51,905 nt of DNA, taken from a virus. Shown here piece after piece: positions 1-8,148 of the stretch. The DNA lies in the IMG/VR virus record IMGVR_UViG_3300017963_000332, positions 1 through 51,905 of that record, one strand, 5' to 3'. The position numbers and the translations under genes were made by a program. Under the pieces are notes generated by a model. That model ran no database searches, had not been told where the DNA came from, and worked only from the letters and a program-made list of their open reading frames with translations. Each line of letters starts with the position of its first letter. The stretch's first letter is position 1.

Positions 1-123
1 CTTTTTTTTTTTTTTTCTTCTCTCCTAGAAATACGCGTAAGTGTATGCGCGCGCGCGTGTTACGTGAAACGTGCCACACCCCCCACCTATTAGAACTCGT
101 AAGCCGTGACCCGTAGCGTTGTC
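1..123. repeat. Terminal direct repeat, copy 1 (123 bp, identical to 51783..51905)
   Basis: C-T15-CTTCTCTCCTAGAAATACGCG...CCGTAGCGTTGTC recurs exactly at the other end of the window. Unique unit is 51,782 bp. Confidence 0.95.
56..65 (-). promoter_or_regulatory. ACGTAACACG box (site D, minus orientation)
   Basis: Plus strand reads CGTGTTACGT. The same 10-mer occurs at 171-180, 51637-51646 and 51066-51075. Confidence 0.5.
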
Positions 124-170
124 TGAGATCGAGACACGTTTTACGCCGTTTTTTTCGCTAAACCCATATC

Positions 171-180
171 ACGTAACACG
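171..180 (+). promoter_or_regulatory. ACGTAACACG box (site A)
   Basis: Exact 10-mer within TCACGTAACACGTTACACGAAAAA in the intergenic control region. Confidence 0.5.
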
Positions 181-275
181 TTACACGAAAAATTGGTCTT
201 TTTATGTCGATAACCTCGCGCATTTCAAAATATATAAATTATATCTATATATGTCTATTTTTTGACTACCCTAGA

Positions 276-304
276 AGATACTGTGTAGATACTGTATAGA
301 TACT
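276..304 (+). repeat. Three tandem 11-bp repeats AGATACTGT(G/A)T upstream of the rightward promoter
   Basis: AGATACTGTGT AGATACTGTAT AGATACT read directly, with about one helical turn between copies. Confidence 0.6.
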
Positions 305-331
305 TTTTACCCACTATAGTAGACATTTTTC

Positions 332-360
332 TTGACAAAAGACACGTTGCATGCTATACT
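332..360 (+). promoter_or_regulatory. Sigma70-type promoter for the rightward arm
   Basis: TTGACA (332-337), a 17-bp spacer, then TATACT (355-360). The RBS AAAGGAGGTGG and ATG 383 follow. Confidence 0.7.
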
Positions 361-382
361 TTACAAAAAGGAGGTGGTCAGT

Positions 383-934
383 ATGGCAAAATATCACAAG
401 TTTTACGTTCCTCAAGACCTGTGGGATCTAATTGTGGAGCAATCAGCCCATGTCCCGGGCACAACTGTACGGGAACTGGCGAAGCAACACCTGCGAAATG
501 GAGTGTTCGGCACGGATGACGCTGCACTTAAATCTAGCAGAAAAAAAATATCTAAAACTATCTCTACAGAAAAAAAGAGATATAGAAAGGTATGGGTTCC
601 GACAGATTATGGTGAAGGGTACTGGATTAAAGAGAGCGTTGATCCTGACAAATTTTTTAATTGGATCAGGCAGATCATGATCTCAGGCGTCCGGTGTAAC
701 TCTGTAACGTTCGTTCAGCAGGCGCTTGAAGGAACACTGTACTATGAAGATGAGGAAGTGCCCGATGAGGACGTTATCTACCCAGGCGACACAGCTTTTA
801 ACGTTGTACGCGAAATGGAAGAGCTGGAGGCGCCAACGACTATTAACGCTAAGTTTGGTAAGCTTCCGCGCGATGCTAAGGCGTTTAGCGACGTTTACGA
901 GCTGCCTAAGCTAGAAGGGATGGTGGTGAAATAA
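383..934 (+). CDS. Hypothetical protein (183 aa), first gene of the rightward arm
   Basis: ATG 383 lies 5 nt after AAAGGAGGTGG. The track ORF 332..934 starts at an upstream TTG with no RBS. Confidence 0.7.
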   Translation: MAKYHKFYVPQDLWDLIVEQSAHVPGTTVRELAKQHLRNGVFGTDDAALKSSRKKISKTISTEKKRYRKVWVPTDYGEGYWIKESVDPDKFFNWIRQIMISGVRCNSVTFVQQALEGTLYYEDEEVPDEDVIYPGDTAFNVVREMEELEAPTTINAKFGKLPRDAKAFSDVYELPKLEGMVVK

Positions 935-935
935 A

Positions 936-1145
936 ATGGACCGTGACAAGGCAATACAGGCGATTTCAGGCATAATTAGGCGTAACTTTGGCATGTTTGC
1001 CTCTAGTTTGCCTACCAGAATGACAGCAATCAACATATATGAGGAGGTGATAAATGGACGTAAGAATGCTAAAAAACAAGGTTCTCCTAAAACAGCACAA
1101 AAGGGAGGAAAAGACAGCAGGAGGGATAATTCTCCCAGAGGATAG
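936..1145 (+). CDS. Small hypothetical protein overlapping the groES-like start
   Basis: ATG sits 1 nt after the upstream stop. The last 92 nt overlap the better-supported 1054..1317 gene in another frame. Confidence 0.3.
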   Translation: MDRDKAIQAISGIIRRNFGMFASSLPTRMTAINIYEEVINGRKNAKKQGSPKTAQKGGKDSRRDNSPRG

Positions 1146-1317
1146 GCAGCTTAAGGATGAACCCGTGGCACGTGTCATAGCTGTCGGAGAGGACGTTAAA
1201 GCGTTCTCAGAGGGCGATGACGTGGTCTTTGGCACATATGCCGGGACACGTGTCACGATAGATGGTGAAGAGTGCCTTATATTAAGGGAAGAGGACGTTT
1301 TAGGGGTATTTCAATGA
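1054..1317 (+). CDS. groES: GroES/Cpn10-like co-chaperonin (87 aa)
   Basis: GAGGAGGTG RBS. KTAGGIILP, ARVIAVG, GDDVVFGTYAG and IDGEECLILREEDVLGV line up with the GroES pattern (KSAGGIVL, GEVLAVG, GDIVIF, EEVLIMSESDILA). Confidence 0.8.
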   Translation: MDVRMLKNKVLLKQHKREEKTAGGIILPEDRQLKDEPVARVIAVGEDVKAFSEGDDVVFGTYAGTRVTIDGEECLILREEDVLGVFQ

Positions 1318-1505
1318 TCCGCTATAATTCGGGGTTTATGTCTGTCTCAGAAACAGCCACTTTACTGGGCATCTCCAGACAAGCCGTGCGTAAGGCAATA
1401 GCACAGAATAGGCTGGATGCCTACCTCATTGGCACGCAATATGCCGTTAAGATAAAGGACGCTATAGACTTCGGGTTTGATCGGTATCATAAAAAGTATA
1501 AATAG
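1314..1505 (+). CDS. Helix-turn-helix DNA-binding protein (excisionase/MerR-like HTH), 63 aa
   Basis: ATGA start/stop overlap with groES-like gene. The segment MSVSETATLLGISRQAVRKAIAQNRL is a typical HTH. Confidence 0.6.
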   Translation: MIRYNSGFMSVSETATLLGISRQAVRKAIAQNRLDAYLIGTQYAVKIKDAIDFGFDRYHKKYK

Positions 1506-1508
1506 TTC

Positions 1509-1538
1509 TTGACTTTTAGGCAAAAGTGTGCTCATAAT
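1509..1538 (+). promoter_or_regulatory. Possible internal sigma70-like promoter ahead of the terminase genes
   Basis: TTGACT (1509-1514), an 18-bp spacer, then CATAAT (1533-1538). ATG 1544 follows with no obvious RBS. Confidence 0.35.
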
Positions 1539-1543
1539 GATGT

Positions 1544-1954
1544 ATGAGTGTGTCTAAGACAATACGGGACAAGTATATACAATACCGGACAAACCCGGAC
1601 AACGACGACTCTCCTGACTCATATTTTTGCTCTGCAAACGGGTTTGCTCTCGACGAGCTTAAGAAGCTTTTGCGCGAGGACGCCCACATATTTAAGGATA
1701 TATTACAAGCGCGCCGGGCTAAGTATTCCGGCATGATGTTAAAGATAGATGACGCAATGTTTAGAGCCGCCAAGAGTGGAGACACCAAGGCGGCTGATCT
1801 TTTATATAGGCGGTTTGATGGATGGAACCCGAAGATAGTGGAGGAGAACAACCACTTCTATAACTTCACGGATCTCGTGAAACGGGCTGCTAAGAAGGTC
1901 AAACCAAGTAAATCTGTCCAGAAAAGAGTGATCCCTGATGACGGAACAGATTAG
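1544..1954 (+). CDS. terS: Putative terminase small subunit (136 aa)
   Basis: Lies immediately upstream of the large terminase and overlaps it by 17 nt. The helical AAKSGDTKAADLLYRRFDGW segment is typical of small terminases. Call rests on position and pattern only. Confidence 0.5.
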   Translation: MSVSKTIRDKYIQYRTNPDNDDSPDSYFCSANGFALDELKKLLREDAHIFKDILQARRAKYSGMMLKIDDAMFRAAKSGDTKAADLLYRRFDGWNPKIVEENNHFYNFTDLVKRAAKKVKPSKSVQKRVIPDDGTD

Positions 1955-3362
1955 TGACGATCAAGCCAGAGATGTTATGGCGATGTATCAGAACGATCCT
2001 GTCGCGTTTCTACGGGATATACTGGGTGTGGAGCCGTGGTCTAAACAGGAAGAGATCATCAAGTCTGTGCGAGATAACGCTAACACATGTGTCGCTTCCG
2101 GACACGGGGTTGGAAAAACATTTATATCGGCTTGTACTGCACTATGGTTCCTCTGTACGCACTATGGATCACGCGTTATTACAACCGCGCCAACTAATCG
2201 GCAGGTGGAAAGTATCCTCTGGGCGGAAATTTGGAGCCTCTACAAAAACGCTAAAGTTCCTTTGGGAGGACGACTGCTCAAAACCAGTCTTAACCTCGAA
2301 GAAAAATGGTTTGCTCTTGGGCTATCTACCGACGATCCAGATAGATTTCAAGGGCACCATGCCGAGCACTTGCTTCTCATCATGGATGAAGCTCCCGGCG
2401 TGGACCCGAAAATCTATGAAGCCGCACAAGGTATTCTGACGCAGACGCACTCAAAATGTTTGTTAATAGGTAACCCGACATCACCCTCGGGTCCGTTCTT
2501 TAATTATTTTAATAATAAGCTGTGGAATAGCTTTCACATCAGTTGTTACGACTCGCCAGCAATCAGGGAGCCAGAGAAATTCCCTGCTCTGACTACCATG
2601 AAATGGATCGAGGAACGTAAGGAGGAGTGGGGAGAGTTTTCCCCAATGTTCATCTCGCGTGTCAAAGGTGAATTTCCCATGGAAGGGGAAGACACGTTGA
2701 TCCCTCTAAACTGGTGTGAAAGAGCCGTAGCACGCTGGCACAAGAACAAAGACGCTAAACGCGTCACGGAACATGTGTATCTTGGCTTAGACGTAGCTCG
2801 TTATGGAACCAATAAAACGGTCCTCACCAGTTATACGCCTCCGCGCGTTACCCTCATTAAAGCTATCCAGAATAAATCTACCACAGCAGCAGCAAACTTG
2901 GTTATTAGCGAAGCTGTTTCAGCCGGAGCAAAGTTCCAGCAAGTCACGATTGACGATACTGGGATAGGCGGTGGGGCGACTGACCGGTTACGTGACATTA
3001 ACTATCCCGTCATCGCGATCAATTTCTCCCAGAAGCCTTCCGATCCATTCCATTTCAGGTTGATAAGAGATGAAATGTATTGGCATCTTCGTGAGTTGTT
3101 TAGAAGCGACGAGATCGAGATACCGCCGAATGAAGCTCTGATAGCGCAGTTATCTGCTATTAAATACAAGATTAATGCCCGCAATGGTCGCATCGAGATC
3201 GAGACTAAAGATGAGATGAAGAAGCGCGGGCTCCCTAGTCCTGATGAAATGGACAGCCTTGCGATCGCAGTCCACGGAGCAAGGAGAAGCCGAGGATCAA
3301 GCGCTTACAGGGGGAAAATCAGGACGGGACGTTATAAACCGGCAGACATAGTGTATTATTAA
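1938..3362 (+). CDS. terL: Terminase large subunit (474 aa)
   Basis: Walker A-like VASGHGVGKTF and Walker B LLLIMDEAPG, with a C-terminal nuclease-sized domain. Lies directly upstream of the portal. Confidence 0.9.
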   Translation: MTEQISDDQARDVMAMYQNDPVAFLRDILGVEPWSKQEEIIKSVRDNANTCVASGHGVGKTFISACTALWFLCTHYGSRVITTAPTNRQVESILWAEIWSLYKNAKVPLGGRLLKTSLNLEEKWFALGLSTDDPDRFQGHHAEHLLLIMDEAPGVDPKIYEAAQGILTQTHSKCLLIGNPTSPSGPFFNYFNNKLWNSFHISCYDSPAIREPEKFPALTTMKWIEERKEEWGEFSPMFISRVKGEFPMEGEDTLIPLNWCERAVARWHKNKDAKRVTEHVYLGLDVARYGTNKTVLTSYTPPRVTLIKAIQNKSTTAAANLVISEAVSAGAKFQQVTIDDTGIGGGATDRLRDINYPVIAINFSQKPSDPFHFRLIRDEMYWHLRELFRSDEIEIPPNEALIAQLSAIKYKINARNGRIEIETKDEMKKRGLPSPDEMDSLAIAVHGARRSRGSSAYRGKIRTGRYKPADIVYY

Positions 3363-3374
3363 GGAGAAGACACC

Positions 3375-3512
3375 ATGCCTAAAGGAACAAAAGTAGAGAG
3401 ATGTTACACAAAATTGAAGAAAACAAAAGGTAAAGCAAGCGCGGCTAGAATTTGCCAAGCTTCAACAGGGCAGTCCTTGAAAACAGGAAAGCCACCTAAA
3501 AAGAAGAGGTGA
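3375..3512 (+). CDS. Small basic protein (45 aa, MPKGTKVERCYTKLKK...)
   Basis: AAGGAGAAG RBS 5 nt upstream. Too short for the ORF track and translated by hand. Confidence 0.4.
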   Translation: MPKGTKVERCYTKLKKTKGKASAARICQASTGQSLKTGKPPKKKR

Positions 3513-3515
3513 GAC

Positions 3516-3677
3516 ATGGAAGGAAGTATTAAGCAAGCTCGAAAAGGGTTACGACCACCGGTAAAGGAGTATCCGAAACCTACTCCGCCTCCAGTACAAC
3601 AGCAAAAAACGTCTGGAGCAAAGCCTAAGTCAATGACCAGTGGAAAATGTAAAGGCGCTACACCCTGGCTAAAATAG
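3516..3677 (+). CDS. Small Pro/Lys-rich protein (53 aa)
   Basis: ATG sits 3 nt after the previous stop and the ORF fills the gap before the portal. Hand translated. Confidence 0.35.
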   Translation: MEGSIKQARKGLRPPVKEYPKPTPPPVQQQKTSGAKPKSMTSGKCKGATPWLK

Positions 3678-3686
3678 GAGATATTC

Positions 3687-5972
3687 ATGGCAGAACAAGA
3701 TAACATCAACCAAGATGAATTCTTCGACGGTGTAGAGCCACAAAACGAACCTGACGAAAACATAGGCGCTTCCGACGAGACTAACTTTTTTAATCCTTTG
3801 TTATTACGGTTGGAGAAAGAGGATCAGGATAAGTTAGTTAAGATTATCAAAGAAGATTATGATAATGGAATGCGCGCACGTGAGAAGGGCGATTGGGGAA
3901 CGAACCGTTACGGAGCTGGAGTGGACTTCGACGAGAAATTCGCTGACTTGATACGTTTGTATGAAGGAGCTGACGAAGTTCGTCCTGAACGTTGGATGTG
4001 CGGACGTTCTCTTAAAATTGCGCAAGCTATTGTTGAAATGCTCGTCGCTAGATTACTTCCTGCGATATGGAGTGAGGACCTGATTCGTTGGCGTGCAGTA
4101 GAGCCGACGGATAAAGAACGTGTTGAAGCAGTTAATAAAATTATGGAATGGGTCTTTAATACGTGGATGAAGATTGAACAGAATATCTATGACATCGTTC
4201 GTTCATGTATCATGATGGGAACAACTTTCGTTGAACCGTTTTGGGAAGTTAAGAAAAAAGATTTTGACGAGATAGAGAAAACTCCCGTCGTCGATGAGGC
4301 TGGACAACCGCTTCTCGACGAGAAAACAGGTGAGCCACTTGTCGTCGAGCAAAAGATGTTACGCGTTCATGAAAAACCGGCTATACGAGTTATTCCTATT
4401 ACGCGTGTTATCACTCAGCCGGGATGCACAGATATTCAAAAAGAGCCGGTTATAAAAGTTGAAGATTTTTATTACCACGAGCTTGAACAATTACAAAAAG
4501 AAGGGTTGATGGAAAATGTTGACGACAAGCTAAAACATGCCGTTGACAAAACATTGATAAGCAAGTTTGGTGAAGAGCTATCAAAAGCTGAAAACATTGA
4601 CGACATTTATGCAAAAAGACGCGCACATGTCGTCGAGACATTGATATGGTACGGTAATTATGACGCTGACAAAGACGGTTTCCCAGAAGAGATTTGCTGC
4701 ACGATAGCGCTAAAAGAAGAACTATATTTAAGAGCATTTAAGACGGTAAAGGTAAATAGAAAAGGTGAACGACCAATTCGTCAAATTAATTTTATCGATC
4801 GCATTCATAAGCTTCTTGGAATTGGTGTCTTGGAACAAGTCAAACCGTTGGCGGAGGAAATAGATGCCGTCTTCAGACAAATCCAAGATGCTAATACGCT
4901 CTCGATCCTTAAATGGGGATTTTATGATCCTAATTCAGATTACTCCCCCGACGAGCACGTCGCCAAACCAAGAGCCATGTATCCGGTTACAAATCCATCG
5001 CAAAATGTCTTCTTCCCCGACATGCAAATCCCCACCGAAAGACTCTTAAACGCGATTCGGCTTGTGCTAGAGTTTGTGGAGAGATTAACTGCAGCGTCAA
5101 GTTTTGTTATGGGTAAGGAAGGTAATTTCTCCGGAGGTTCCGGTACCGCGACTAAAACAGCAGCGATCGTTTCATCTGCGGAGGTTCGTTTTAATCTCCC
5201 CACTGCGAATATGCGAAGAGGTCTAGGTACTGTCCTAACTGATATTTTTGATCTGTGTCATCTCAATATGCCCCCAGGACTTGAGAGACGTATATTAGGA
5301 GAAGATAGCCAGCCTATATTTGAAACTTCAGATGAAGTAAAAGCGGCGTTCGCTCAGGAAATGGACGCTTATTTACTTCCTAACGCGTCGTTTGGAGATA
5401 TAGGAACTGAGCGTGAGCTGGCTATCATGCTTTATGATAAATTTGTGTTAGGCGGGAATCCGTTTGTTGTTGGGAACCCTACTAAACTATATAAAGCAAC
5501 CGCAGCAGTATTCAAAGCATTCAAAGAAGACCCGAGCGAGTGGCTTGGGACTGGACCATCCGAAAAACCAACAAATGATCCTAGCGAAGAGCACACCTAT
5601 ATGAGAGAAGGCGTGGTTATTCATGCTGAGCCTCAAGAGAATCACTTAGAGCATTTGATGGTACATAATCAGGCAATTAATTCGCCTGATATTTTACTAT
5701 GGTCTAAAGAGATGGTTGAGATGCTTCGTGTGCACATGCAGGAGCATGAGCAGATGATGTCGTTGATAATGCAATTCCAAAGCGGTCAAGGAGGAGGAAA
5801 TCTTGGAAACCAAGACGAAGGTGGAACAGTTGGCAGAGGAAAAGCAGCTAATGGAGGAAGCGCTGCTCCAACTGCGGGACAACCCGGTGCTACAGGAAGC
5901 GCTGCGCCGGCTGCAGAAGTTGCGAGCAATCAAGCGCAAGGGACAACACTCGGCACTCCAAAGCTCGGATAG
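3687..5972 (+). CDS. Portal protein (761 aa) with a Gly/Ala-rich disordered C-terminal tail
   Basis: TAGGAG RBS. Size and position between terminase and scaffold support the call. No motif-level proof. Confidence 0.7.
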   Translation: MAEQDNINQDEFFDGVEPQNEPDENIGASDETNFFNPLLLRLEKEDQDKLVKIIKEDYDNGMRAREKGDWGTNRYGAGVDFDEKFADLIRLYEGADEVRPERWMCGRSLKIAQAIVEMLVARLLPAIWSEDLIRWRAVEPTDKERVEAVNKIMEWVFNTWMKIEQNIYDIVRSCIMMGTTFVEPFWEVKKKDFDEIEKTPVVDEAGQPLLDEKTGEPLVVEQKMLRVHEKPAIRVIPITRVITQPGCTDIQKEPVIKVEDFYYHELEQLQKEGLMENVDDKLKHAVDKTLISKFGEELSKAENIDDIYAKRRAHVVETLIWYGNYDADKDGFPEEICCTIALKEELYLRAFKTVKVNRKGERPIRQINFIDRIHKLLGIGVLEQVKPLAEEIDAVFRQIQDANTLSILKWGFYDPNSDYSPDEHVAKPRAMYPVTNPSQNVFFPDMQIPTERLLNAIRLVLEFVERLTAASSFVMGKEGNFSGGSGTATKTAAIVSSAEVRFNLPTANMRRGLGTVLTDIFDLCHLNMPPGLERRILGEDSQPIFETSDEVKAAFAQEMDAYLLPNASFGDIGTERELAIMLYDKFVLGGNPFVVGNPTKLYKATAAVFKAFKEDPSEWLGTGPSEKPTNDPSEEHTYMREGVVIHAEPQENHLEHLMVHNQAINSPDILLWSKEMVEMLRVHMQEHEQMMSLIMQFQSGQGGGNLGNQDEGGTVGRGKAANGGSAAPTAGQPGATGSAAPAAEVASNQAQGTTLGTPKLG

Positions 5973-6128
5973 TCAGCGAATCGCGCTGCTAGAGGCTGAA
6001 ATAAGCGGAATTGATGAGATTTTTAAAATTTTAGACGGGTTTCAGGTCACTGTTGACAAGATGCCCGCTCAAACAACCGATGGGACGCCCACTCCTATCT
6101 TTAAGTACTAACGTGGAGGAGAAACATT

Positions 6129-6962
6129 ATGAGTAAACAAGAAGAAGAAGAGAAAATAGTAGACCCAGCTTTGGATGAGGATATTGGCGATCCTTTAGAT
6201 CCAGCTGAAGATGATGTTGAGATCGACCTAGAAGAAAACGAAGAGGAAGAGGAAAAAATAAGTCCTGATAATAAAGCATTCGCCGAGATGCGTATTGAGA
6301 ATCGGGATTTAAAAAACACAGTTGAAGAGCTAAAAAGAACAGTAGAGCAGTTAAATCAGGCGCCTTCTACTGTCCAACAACCTGTTCAGCAGCAAACAGT
6401 CGCGTCTGATGACCCTAGGAATTGGACGGAAGAGCAATGGGATCAATTAGCTAAGCAGGATTGGAAGAAGGCAGTTGACTTACGCTCATCTATTCAAGCA
6501 GAAGATAAGTATAAAGAACAGAAAATGTCTTCTGAATTTTCTAGAGTTCAGGAAGAGTCCAAGGCAAGAGTTCTTGAACGCCATCCTGAATTGAATGATC
6601 CAAATAGTGAAAAGGCGAAAATATATAGAAATATTGTTGTGGCAAATCCCGAATATACCGTCCAGAAAAAAGGACCTCTATCTGCTATGTACGAGATGGA
6701 GGATTACATGGAAAAGCACATGGGGTATAAAAGGGAAGAGATCGTGAAAGCTGAACGAACAGCTCGCGAAGAAGAAGCAGCGCGTCATAGTCGAGTAGCA
6801 TTAACCTCTACTGCGGGCAGACATTCCGAGGCAGGAGGATCGAAGATTACGCTCACTAAAGATGAAGTGGACTTTTGTAATCTTCAAGGAATTGACCCTA
6901 AAACATACGCGGCTAATAAAAAGAAGTTGGCTGCATCAGGTAGAGGAGGTATCCAATTATGA
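6129..6962 (+). CDS. Putative scaffolding protein (277 aa)
   Basis: GGAGGAG RBS. Very acidic N-terminus (EEEEK, EENEEEEEK) and coiled-coil character, lying between portal and capsid genes. Confidence 0.5.
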   Translation: MSKQEEEEKIVDPALDEDIGDPLDPAEDDVEIDLEENEEEEEKISPDNKAFAEMRIENRDLKNTVEELKRTVEQLNQAPSTVQQPVQQQTVASDDPRNWTEEQWDQLAKQDWKKAVDLRSSIQAEDKYKEQKMSSEFSRVQEESKARVLERHPELNDPNSEKAKIYRNIVVANPEYTVQKKGPLSAMYEMEDYMEKHMGYKREEIVKAERTAREEEAARHSRVALTSTAGRHSEAGGSKITLTKDEVDFCNLQGIDPKTYAANKKKLAASGRGGIQL

Positions 6963-7558
6963 CAGACTCAAATAAATATAGAGCCAAAAAAAAGGCTGAA
7001 CAACTTTCCCAAGAATCACCGGAGACCAAACCGGTGGAGGAGCCTACGGCAGCTCCTCAAGAGACGAACTCTGACCCTAAACAGGTCCAAGTTCTGTCAA
7101 ACCAAGATACTCAGATTTCTGACTTAGTAAAAGAGCAGCCTAAGAGTATTTCGGAGATAGAATCAGCGGAGTCGCGTCCAATGAATATTCTTGAGTTGCC
7201 AGAAGAATGTGCAAAGCTTCACAAAAAGAAGTATCGCTTTAGATGGTTAGCCAAAACAAGGCACCTTGAAGCAAAGCTACGCACAAGTATTTGGTCATTG
7301 TGTACCAGAGAAAATTCTCCTTATATCAAACCAGGACGCTTTAAAGCGCACGGAGCAGTTGAGCAAGCTGGCATGTTACTAGCGTTCACTACCGAGAAAT
7401 TGGGAGCAGAACGTGAAGCAGCTCCAGCTAAGAAGAGCGCTAATCTTGTAAAGCATTATACCGAGGATTTGCCAACACGGGAAGCCGAGGGATTTTACAA
7501 GCCTAAAGATCTTGGGGATAAAGATGAAGGAGGAGAAGGTTTTGAAATGGAGTATTAA
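6959..7558 (+). CDS. Head-module hypothetical protein (199 aa)
   Basis: ATGA overlap with the upstream gene. Clean ORF in the head module. Confidence 0.6.
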   Translation: MTDSNKYRAKKKAEQLSQESPETKPVEEPTAAPQETNSDPKQVQVLSNQDTQISDLVKEQPKSISEIESAESRPMNILELPEECAKLHKKKYRFRWLAKTRHLEAKLRTSIWSLCTRENSPYIKPGRFKAHGAVEQAGMLLAFTTEKLGAEREAAPAKKSANLVKHYTEDLPTREAEGFYKPKDLGDKDEGGEGFEMEY

Positions 7559-7576
7559 TTTAAGGAGGAGTAACCA

Positions 7577-8137
7577 ATGGCTAACACAGATTTTCCAAGA
7601 GGTCTACAGCCGTACGGAAATCTCCTGCAGGTAACTGAATATAAGCTGTCTTCAGCATATGCTCAGGATCTTTTTATTTGGGATCCGGTAGTAGTTAACG
7701 GTACTGATCGCAATGTCATTATTGCGACGGCAGGTACGGGGAATGCTATTACAGGAAGTATCGTAGGTATCTACGACTCAAATAAAGTTCCTTTGCAGTA
7801 CTGGGACAGTGGACATTCTGGGGTTGGGTACGTGCTTGTAGCAGACGATCCACGCCAGTTATTCATTGCCCAAGGAGATGGTGATACTTCTTATCTGGAC
7901 ATCAATGATTGCAACGGTAACATTAATTTAGTTTCAGGTTCAGGAAGTACTGTGAACTATCTTAGTGGTTGGGAACTTGATGACTCAGATACTGGAGGTA
8001 ACACCGCTGGGGATCAGATTCGTCTTCTTAGACCGAATCAGGTTTCAGGGAACACAGTAGGGATCGCAAATTGCGATTGGCTGTGTAGAATTAATAATCA
8101 TACTGCTAATGCCGGAATCGTCGGTGTAGGCGTTTAA
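7577..8137 (+). CDS. Head-module structural protein, possible decoration/cement protein (186 aa)
   Basis: AAGGAGGAG RBS, lying directly upstream of the major capsid gene. Beta-rich and Gly-rich. The function is inferred. Confidence 0.45.
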   Translation: MANTDFPRGLQPYGNLLQVTEYKLSSAYAQDLFIWDPVVVNGTDRNVIIATAGTGNAITGSIVGIYDSNKVPLQYWDSGHSGVGYVLVADDPRQLFIAQGDGDTSYLDINDCNGNINLVSGSGSTVNYLSGWELDDSDTGGNTAGDQIRLLRPNQVSGNTVGIANCDWLCRINNHTANAGIVGVGV

Positions 8138-8148
8138 AGGAGATATAA

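Noticed and set aside
1954-2439. 161-aa alternative-frame ORF inside the large terminase gene (similarly 432..680 and 726..914 inside the first gene)
   Set aside because: It sits in a different frame on the same strand as a motif-supported gene. It has no RBS and an unremarkable composition.
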